This document shows, in pieces, positions 1-8,392 of a stretch of DNA of 64,000 nt (positions are counted from its first letter, which is position 1; each line of letters opens with the position of its first letter). Source of the DNA: Phoronis australis (taxonomy: Eukaryota > Animalia > Phoronida). The DNA lies in assembly GCA_002633005.1 (NCBI GenBank), contig NMRA01000484.1, positions 124,001 through 188,000 on the forward strand, read 5' to 3'. A model generated the notes under the pieces. The model was not told the origin of the DNA, did not search any database, and worked only from the letters and a program-made list of their open reading frames with translations. Both the position numbers and the translations under genes were made by a program.

Positions 1-291
1 TTGGTGTTAAGCAATGACTTAAAGTGTAAATTGCAAGGTCTAAGTATGTTAAATTGTAATAATATTTTCAAGATATTATTAGTTGGATATATCTTCTTCC
101 AATTATCATGTTATTGTGTCTGAAGTTACGTTAAAAAGCGAAAATTAAAAAAATCCGCGAAAAGTTGACCTTTGACACCGTGACATGGTGTTGGGGAACA
201 CAAACTAGATCATATCCCACAATGCATTTTACCGCCCATACAAAACAGTGGAAGACGAACAAGGAGCGTTCAATCTTGGCGTGATTTAGAC

Positions 292-1680
292 ATGATACAT
301 CGGTGTGTGTGCGCCAACTGTGCTAACACCAGCCAGGTGGAAGTCGTGAGCCCATTTAAACTCTAAAAAGACAAGCATCTGGCTTCGTAATGGCAGGTTT
401 ACAGGTGGAAGGCGTGACCCTATTTAGGTTTCCCAAAGACAAGCATCTGGCCGCGAAATGGCACGTTTTCATGTGCATTGCTCGTCATTGGAAAATGACT
501 GTCGGAGTCGGCCATATCTGTCGGAGCCGAAATATGCTCCGACCACATTGAGGACGGCTGCTTCGACGACAAACATATCATGAAGTTTGAAGCTGGTCTT
601 GTGAAAAGGTAAGTTATCTTCATAATTTATGGCTTAGATCCATGACGCTTTCTCAGTGCTTGAACTATAACGATCTTTTTTCGCGGTCAACAATTGCTGA
701 GTGTTGCCGGTGGTATTTCTTTGGAATGTTGCCCAGTAGGCTATTTGTTGATTCAACTGTTCTTGGTGTTGTGTGTGTAGCAGCGCTAGTTGAGCACCAT
801 GTTGACGCAATGCAATTTCATTTGCTGATGGTTCTCAAAGTCAAGTCACACGAAGTCAGTAAGGATCATTTAGGGTATCATATTTTTGAGAATCATTGTC
901 TTCAGCCAAATTAGAGTGGAGATATACACCTGGTACTATGGGGAGAGCAGCACTTGGGGGGACCATACCTTCAGCCCCCTATGGTGCGCACCGCCCATGC
1001 CGATGGGCGGCCCAGCTCTGAAGTAACTACATACTATAGCCCTGTTGTAGATGTGCTTCCGGTGAACCTTCAGCCCCCTATGGTGCACACCTTGCCGGTT
1101 TTATGGGGGTCGTGGGTTAGATTCCTGAGTCGGGTAATCGCGACTATTACTACAGCCCCCCGCCCCCAGCCCCCTTCGAGGCTATGGTGCGCTTCTGAAT
1201 ATCAGAGACCACTGTATTTGAGCATCAGGAGGTTCTTTGTGGGGTTTTGTCAACCAAGTAATAGATGGTGGTGTGCTGACAAAAGTTTGAACTGTTCTAA
1301 CGATGGTACTTAAGTTGCACCGTTTTGATTATTAAAGTAACCTGCTTCAAAAATAAAACAGGGTTAACTCTGGTTTTGGCCTTTGCTTGAAGGTTATAAA
1401 AGTAGGCGAAAACTTGCACTTAGGTGACGTCGTGTTTAACTTAAATCATTGATTCAAAAAGGTTTTTTACTTTAAATTGCAGTTGTTGTGCTTTTCAGAG
1501 TATGTGAACGAAGTAAGGAAGAATACCTTACACTTGTTGCGAAATAAAAGAGAAGCCAGTGACCTCGAAATTTGTTTGGAAATTGTTGCCCCTCCAATGC
1601 TGAGTGCTGGTGCTCCAGATGTGTCCAAGGAGGAGGCCGTGGCATGGATGAGGAGCCGATATCCAGACAAATTCAATTAG
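292..1680 (+). pseudogene. Decayed THAP-domain transposase (first exon 292-608 and last exon 1499-1680; catalytic core missing)
   Basis: From ATG 292: MIHRCVCANCAN...GVTLFRFPKDKHLAAKW...EICSDHIEDGCFD = THAP C2CH signature, broken by stops and 68-bp/19-bp tandem duplications; donor AG|GTAAG at 608/609. Terminal exon after TTTTCAG: EYVNEVRK...APPMLSAGAPDVSKEEAVAWMRSRYPDKFN*, which I recall as resembling C-termini of these transposases. The phases of the two exons are incompatible, so middle exons appear lost. Confidence 0.7.
938..1195. repeat. GC-rich internally repeated fragment (MITE-like) inside transposase remnant
   Basis: ACCTTCAGCCCCCTATGGTGC at 967-987 and 1066-1086, degenerate third copy at about 1166-1191; CGCCCATG/ATGGGCG junction at 992-1009. 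Confidence 0.45.
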
Positions 1681-2979
1681 ACTGCTTGTTATGTCAATGG
1701 ACAGTACTGATATTTCTTTCCATCACATACATGACAATGAATGATATTGGGGCACGAAAAGACTGACGACCCACACAGGTACCTTTTCGCCCCCTTACCG
1801 ATGCATTATATGGGACGGCAACAGTTTACTGCTAATCAAATAAACCTAAAAGCTATGCCACAATATTTATAGTCATTATATTGAAGTAACATTGAAATGT
1901 TTCAATGTTAGAACATAGTATGTCGCAGGGTTTATACAAAGCGGACAGCCATATGGCACGCTCAAAAGTGTTTCACGATTTCCAGTACTGGTACTATAAA
2001 TACTCTAGCATTGCTATCTGTACAGCTTTCAAAAAAAACCTTAAAACATTGGTAGTGATGAAAATATACATGGGTCGTCAGTCTTCTCGTGTCTGCCAAT
2101 ATCATTCAAATTGTACGACAGAATAATCATTTGCACAGAATCCCAACTCTACTGTCTAACATTTTCTTGCGAGTTTTTTTGCGAGTGGTCCAAGCACTCT
2201 CTCCAGATTTCTCACTTCCTATACATGTGTATAATTTTGTGTGTTTTATACCATGTCATAGACATCTGAAGCTATTGCATACTGTAGCTTTTGGGTGGAA
2301 ATTCAGTACTTTGCCACGTCATGGTAGTTAATGTCTTGTTGAATTACAGTAGAACTCGGTAAGTTGGAGCCAGTGAGACAGATATTTCATCGAAGTCAAA
2401 GTTACTTGGAGGCGTTACAGGAATTAATGCATGCTAGCCTTTCTAGTTTCCAATGAAGCACTACCAATGTAACGAGTCCTACTGTATAAGAAGAGGGCAG
2501 GAGATTCAGTCTCTACCTCAGACAATAGTCCAGATTTTTATGTAACAGCAATATTGTTGAATGTGTTCACTTGAAACTCACTAACAACTCCAGTGAGACC
2601 AATTCCTAAGTAAACCATAACTGATGTTGAGTTTAGAGGTTTATAATGTAGTTCTAGTAACATTACACTTGTCATGACCATGTCACTATAAGTTCCTGAA
2701 CATCAATATATGCTACTTTCTTTGTCAATTGTTTACCATTCTGAAAACACAGAAATCCATCATGGAATGCCAACTTCATTTTTGTACCACTGAGATTGCG
2801 CTGTGATTGCATTCGTTTGTTAGGATATTTGTTCTCTCTATGGAACTTGTCACTTATTTCAACTCGTCCAAAGTAGATACTCCCCGAGTCACAAGTTTTA
2901 GTAATAGAGTACTTAGGTAATGAGCTGGAGTTGGCATTCCAGGGATAAGACAACTCGATATATATATACATAAATGAAA

Positions 2980-3388
2980 CTAATAAGAAAACCCTTGAAA
3001 CTCAAAGTCCTCCTCATTTCCCGGTGGAGGGTAAAAAGCTCTGATGCAGGCTACTGCGCATGCTGGAATTACAACACGGACAGTTCGTCCTAGGTGACCA
3101 TGCACCCATCTTTGGAACTGTCTGTAGGCTATGTGTCGCATCCTTTTATCAAAGGGTCCGTCATAGCCATCCGGATATTGGCTTTTATACTGCAACCATG
3201 CAGTCTCCAAAACATCACGATTGATGCACACAGGTTGAAAACTTCCATGGTACACGATACATTTTTTTCTTCCGTTTAAGTTGTCCCTCTTCATTTCGTC
3301 CTCAAGTTTAGCAATAACTTTGTCGACTTCTTGACAACATACTCTTTCTTCAATGACTGCAGTAGTCTGACAGTTGTCACACGTGCAC
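2980..3388 (-). CDS. KolX / nanor / P2X7 cytoplasmic ballast-like zinc-binding domain (last exon)
   Basis: After acceptor CTTGCAG: (W)CTCDNCQ...ERVCCQE...CIVYHGSFQPVCINRDVLETAW...RHIAYRQFQRWVHGHLGRTVRVVIPACAVACIRAFYP...FQGFSY*; Cys pattern and AYRQF..W..G.LG...R..IP.C.V..IR..YP motif of the P2X7 ballast/nanor family; frame fully open. Confidence 0.85.
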
Positions 3389-3463
3389 CTGCAAGATGTG
3401 ACAATATGTATACATTACTTTAGTAAACATCAAAATGTCGAATTGAAAAAATTACTGATTTAC

Positions 3464-3540
3464 CAAGAGTGTCTCGGCCAAATTAATTGAGGGTTTGCAA
3501 TGACCTCAGTTTTCGAGAAGACTGATTGTTGAGCAGCGAC
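3464..3540 (-). CDS. Probable upstream exon of the KolX-like gene
   Basis: TTTTAAACAG acceptor, open frame VAAQQSVFSKTEVIANPQLIWPRHS, donor TG|GTAAAT; a 75-bp intron joins TG+G to give the Trp before CxCxxC. Confidence 0.55.
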
Positions 3541-4079
3541 CTGTTTAAAACAGAACAAAAATGAAACTAAATTCCAAAAAACAAGCTTTGAAACATCACA
3601 TAAATAGTAAAGATATTTACTTTTCATACAAATGAATACTGCTACACCCAGGGCAGTGGCAGATCATGCCTGGGGGATATATATATAGGAATGGACATAC
3701 TTAGTTTGATTTGCTGACACCTGATTCATTGATGGAGGGGTCTGTTTTGTTAATAATCGTGAATATTACAGTAAACATTTTTAAAAACTTCTCAATATCC
3801 GATGCCTTCTATACTCTTTAGAAACTTTACCAGACGGTTCCTTCCCAAGTCAACTCGCACCCAAGCCATGTACCAATTTTCACAAATAACAGCAACATTA
3901 GGTACATAGGCATGAAAGCATTGACTTACACAAACTAAACCTGGTTAGAAAAACGTGTGTACATTGCTCTGGGTCCAAGTTGACTTGGCCCTAGAGTATG
4001 AAAATGAAGTGACCTGTTTTATAACCCATGGAATTCCCTCCGGCCCCCAGGTAAGAAAGTCTAAGTTGCAAAATTGCAA

Positions 4080-4296
4080 TTCTTTTTTCCTCTTGTTTAC
4101 ACTACACAGTTGAGTATTGGGAGGTGGTTCTCATTCTTTCCCATGCATACATTTATTCACTCACTAGTAAGACTGAGCTCAGGGGAGTAGGAGACAACTT
4201 CGTACAATGCCCAATTGTCTGCCAGTGAAAGCCAGGATTCGAACCCGAGTCTCACAAACAAGAGTCCGGGGCCCAAACCAATGCGCCACTGTCTAC
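4080..4296 (-). mobile_element. tRNA-derived SINE nested in Kolobok element 1
   Basis: Minus-strand Pol III A box TGGCGCATTGG (4288-4278) and B box GGTTCGAATCC (4245-4235), followed by a non-tRNA body ending in an A-rich stretch near 4085; ends approximate. Confidence 0.55.
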
Positions 4297-4544
4297 AAAT
4301 AATGAAAGACCACACATTGTTGAGTGATTTGCGTAAGTGCAACGAGTCCCATTTTTTATCACTGAAACTGGTACTTATCCACGGCTGAAAAATGATTCAT
4401 CAGTGGGGACGAGAGCGCCTGGGAGTGACCGGTAAAGCTACTGAACTTAAAATTAAAAAAGACCAAGTAGTAATTCGCGGTAGTATGATGCATATTTATA
4501 ATATTCTTACCAGTCACTAACATTCTGTCGCAACTCCTGCGCAC

Positions 4545-4780
4545 CTTCTGCCCGTTGATATTCACTGCACGAACCGGCTGGGGCTGGATCGTCGACAACC
4601 GGAGCAAGGGAAACGGTTCTACTAGAGAGAAGGTGTGAGCACAAATTCAACGGTTCCTATGGGGTCTGTCGCCTCCTCCTCCACATCCGAAACGTCAGAA
4701 TCGTCTGAAAACTCCACCTGACCCTCCCTGTATCTTTCAAAATATTCTTCATCTACGCTGCTGTACTCACTGGGATCCAT
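4545..4780 (-). pseudogene. Candidate first exon of the KolX-like gene (acidic N-terminus, interrupted)
   Basis: ATG at 4780: MDPSEYSSVDEEYFERYREGQVEFSDDSDVSDVEEEATD...LTPSL then TAG TAG (4624-4619) right after a (CT)n run; other frames stay open to a donor at 4545/4544, suggesting a slippage frameshift. Confidence 0.4.
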
Positions 4781-7700
4781 ATTGTTTTCTTTGTGTTCCC
4801 CAACACCACGTCACAGATGTGTAACGAAGGAAAATGGCGCCGTTTCTATTTTCCGTTACAACAATGGCGTTACAACGCCACGGCAACAAATATGTAAATA
4901 ACTTTTTATAGCGACGTACAATTCAGTTAATGTTAAGAATATAGCAAGAATAATTATAAACACGAATTTAGAGCATATTGTTGTTCAGGTTGGTTGAGAC
5001 CTTGCAATTTACACTTTAAACGGCTGTAACGGAGAAGTTGAGTGTCGTTTGATTCCCAGATTTTGCATGCACCCCGTCCTGGTCTTGAACTGCTCTCCGG
5101 TATCAACTGGGACAGACACAACCTTTTATAAAAGTGAGTACTCTTTTGCCTAGCTTAGTGAACCTGCACTGCAATCATGCAACACAGGTTTCACTTCACG
5201 GCGAGGTGACGAGCAGAACTACCCTGGCTTTGTGCAATTTCGGGGTCTATGGAAGATTAACACACAGTAGTACCTAGCTGTATTTTGACGCTAGTCTTCA
5301 TACAGCTAGCTGGCTGACTATTGCCAGTAGTGGCCAGCAGTGGCCAGCACTGCAGCATGATAAAAATTTTAAAAAATGTCCCTCCTGACTGCTGCGTCAA
5401 TTTGAAAACTATTTACCTGATTCGTTAGTGCTGTACATTAGACGCGTATCTTCAAGACGCTTAACAAGCGCATCACGTTCGTCACACATCATCGATGACT
5501 TTCCAAAGCTGTAAAAGCCCAAAAGAAGCTCAAAATTTCCCGAAATTTGGGGACTGGCAAGTTTCACTACTTCCTGGTAAGCCTCGTTTTGGTGTGGAAT
5601 GTGGAACATTTAGGCTGCGGCCACCATAGACTATCTATGCTGCCACGGCTAACAAAATTAGGGATGAAAGAATCCCAGTTTGGTGGCATGGCATTTTATG
5701 GGTTAGCATTGCATGTAGGCTCAGAGAGTGTGGTTTGGTTGTGTTTTTGAACATGTTGAAAATGAAAAAACCGCTTGTTCGGCTGTAGCTGCACTTTTCT
5801 TCAAGATGGCGGCCCCCATTGCTGGGTAGCGACTGAAAAATTTGCTGCGATTTCAGGTTAGCCCTCAAACAAGTCAGAATTGCCAATGAAGGAAATTTGC
5901 TTTCAGAATCGTATGTTGGATTTATTCGTGCATCGGCAGGGAAGTGGTGGTTTTGGGGTGAAAAGTGCCGATTTTGTGTTTTTTTTTACCCTTTTTCGTA
6001 GCCTACCTTGCTTTTCAGCAGACTTTTTACATGAACTGCTAGACACAGTGACCACTTTTTCTTCTGGCACTGCCAGCTGAGGCAGTGGAGCTCCTATAGA
6101 CACTTCAAATGATGGAAGCTTTTTCGGCGAATTATTCCTCGCACTGATTAAAACTTCAGTCACGTTTTTGAAAATAACTTTTGCGCATAGAGAGAGAGAC
6201 ACCTTAGGACTGATTCTCTTGATAAATTTGTCAATAAATTGAAAGATTGTTGCTCATTTTCAATTCGGTGAAATTTCTTTCCACACGCGCCTCAATAACC
6301 GGGTAAAAACCTTCAGCGTCAACGTCTTATTTCAGAACCCGTCCGAAAACGAAAGCAATACTAGCCATCTGAAATTTGTGAAAGATATGAGAAAGTCGGC
6401 AAAATCGACGGTATCAGAAATCTTAGAATTTATGTGATCGGGTGCCGACAACTTTTCGATTAGCTGTTTTAGACAGTTTTAACTTGCACGCAGATTTGTG
6501 ATCATTATGCTGACAAGAAATTCACACGAGCAAAAACAGTGATGTTACTGACTATGAACAGAATCAACTCACCAAACTTTGTTCTAGGAAATAAGGTATA
6601 TATTTGTCGTGTAACACGTCTTGATTGATTATTCGTAATATCCATTGGTACTCAGCAAAGTTCACGTTAACTATTCCCAAACTAAACACAAACGACGCGA
6701 CTGCAGGTAGTATTGTAACCCTGCTTTGTTTCTGGGGCAGCACGTGCGACATACTTATGAGTCACCTGTCACTCAAACAAGCTAGCGAAACAGCGTTGCC
6801 GCCAACGATATACATGTAAATAAGGTCTCCGTGGTATCCGGATGTTTATTACAGCAGTTGCTTTATGCGACTGACGTATCTTTAATCAATAAAAGTTTGG
6901 AATTGTTATTCTGAAACATAGCAGTATGCCAGATCACAATTTAACGGTGGTAGACAGGGATATACCCAGGTTTCAAAACCCTGCTCACCAGCTGGGCGAG
7001 TGAGCCAGAAAATCTACTCACCCAGTCCGAAGTTCAGTCGCCCGACCGTTTGCGTCTGTCACCACAAACTTGCTACCAGTGTAAATAAAAATCATCGTTT
7101 CACGCGTTGATGTCACCATCAATTAGGGCTACCGTATTCGCCCTAATGAGCACAAAAGGTGCGTAGAAAAAATCCTTTCGGAAGGGGGGGGGCGCTTGTT
7201 GCAGCCTAAGACGGTTGAAACCCGGTCCTCCGAAACGGGTGAAATCAGAAACTAGGATTCATCAAATTTACGCGTTGTGACCTATCTGTAACCAATGACA
7301 GACTTTCTATAAAACTGTGGTGCATTGCTGTCAAACTTCGTTGTTGAATTACGGTCTTTAAAAAAATATGCTGAACTCCCAGGGCGAAAACTTGCCGACT
7401 GATGCATCGCTGCCTCGCAGTCATTGATAGGGCAAATTCTTGAGTAGAAATACAGTTTCGACTAAACAAATTACCTGAAATCCTCCTTAAAGTTTTCCAA
7501 ATAGCGTCCTAAGATTTTTAAGTTCCTGTGGAGTCGGGACTAACCGCAGGTTAAGTCCAAATCTGCGCTAGACCCCGCAACACGTAAAAAATCTGGAGGA
7601 ACACACATGTTGTTGTCACGTGATGTTTGTTTTGATGCCAGAGTAGCAGGCCTACATTATGTAGACCCTTGCTCGTGCTTCTTGGCCACCTGCTTATCGC

Positions 7701-8259
7701 TGGTCAAGTTTCAATTCGTGGTTTTACGAGTACAAAGTAATTTAGATTCCTGTTGAAGGAGAAGATCTGTATGGGAAAGATACAATACAATCCCGCTGAC
7801 CAGTATGAAACACTGCCAATTGAAATAGGCTTAGATGTTTAAGCTTGGCTGAAAGTAGTGTTTTTTCTGGTGGTATAGCTTGGTCTTTAGTAACAGGCAG
7901 AGGTATGCCTATTGTCACCTAAGCCTACAGTGTAAATATCTCCACAATAGCCCTTTATTATGAAAGTCAATGTAGGCACAATAGAGACAGGTACAAAATC
8001 AGATAATTATCCCCAGTGACTTTCCCTGATGGGTTGGCAGTAATGTTCATTGAGCAGTCCCTCCTTAAGTTTCTAAAATTGGTAGCTCGCCATTTTCACT
8101 CTGTGCACGACAGGGAATATGATGTCAAACCACCTCCCACGCTCAATGTTAAAATGGTTTCAATTTGGCACTCATAGTACCACAGTCTGTGAAATTAAGA
8201 CACCTGTTTTGCGTACCCTTATTTTGTATATTAATTGGCTGTCATTTTCAGCTCCATCG

Positions 8260-8392
8260 ATGATGCGAATGTGCTGGCTGGCGTCATTAGTCATCCTTTT
8301 CCGTTTGATCTCAGTTGTTTGTGATACAGCTGGCAGTAGGAGGACTTTGAAGTGGGACCCTAAAGGCTATGTGTTCTATTGTCCGTGTATGG
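8260..8392 (+). CDS. POFUT1: POFUT1 coding exon 1
   Basis: Hydrophobic leader + [13 protein letters not shown]; donor G|GTGAGT. Confidence 0.9.

Larger units (their letters stand above)
23..5015. mobile_element. Kolobok-type DNA transposon, non-autonomous (internally deleted THAP-transposase + convergent KolX/P2X7-ballast gene)
   Basis: Perfect 19-bp TIR AGTGTAAATTGCAAGGTCT (23-41) / AGACCTTGCAATTTACACT (4997-5015); TTAA on both sides (19-22, 5016-5019); AG..CT termini; THAP remnant on + and Cys-rich P2X7-C-terminal-like ORF on -, matching the two-gene Kolobok layout. Confidence 0.88.

Noticed and set aside
2980-3388. P2X7 purinoceptor gene
   Set aside because: Only the ballast-like domain is present; no transmembrane or ectodomain exons, and it lies between transposon TIRs.
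6714-6938. Possible solo LTR (TGT...AATAAA...ACA followed by a PBS-like GGTGGTAG)
   Set aside because: No matching target-site duplication, second LTR or gag/pol sequence found.
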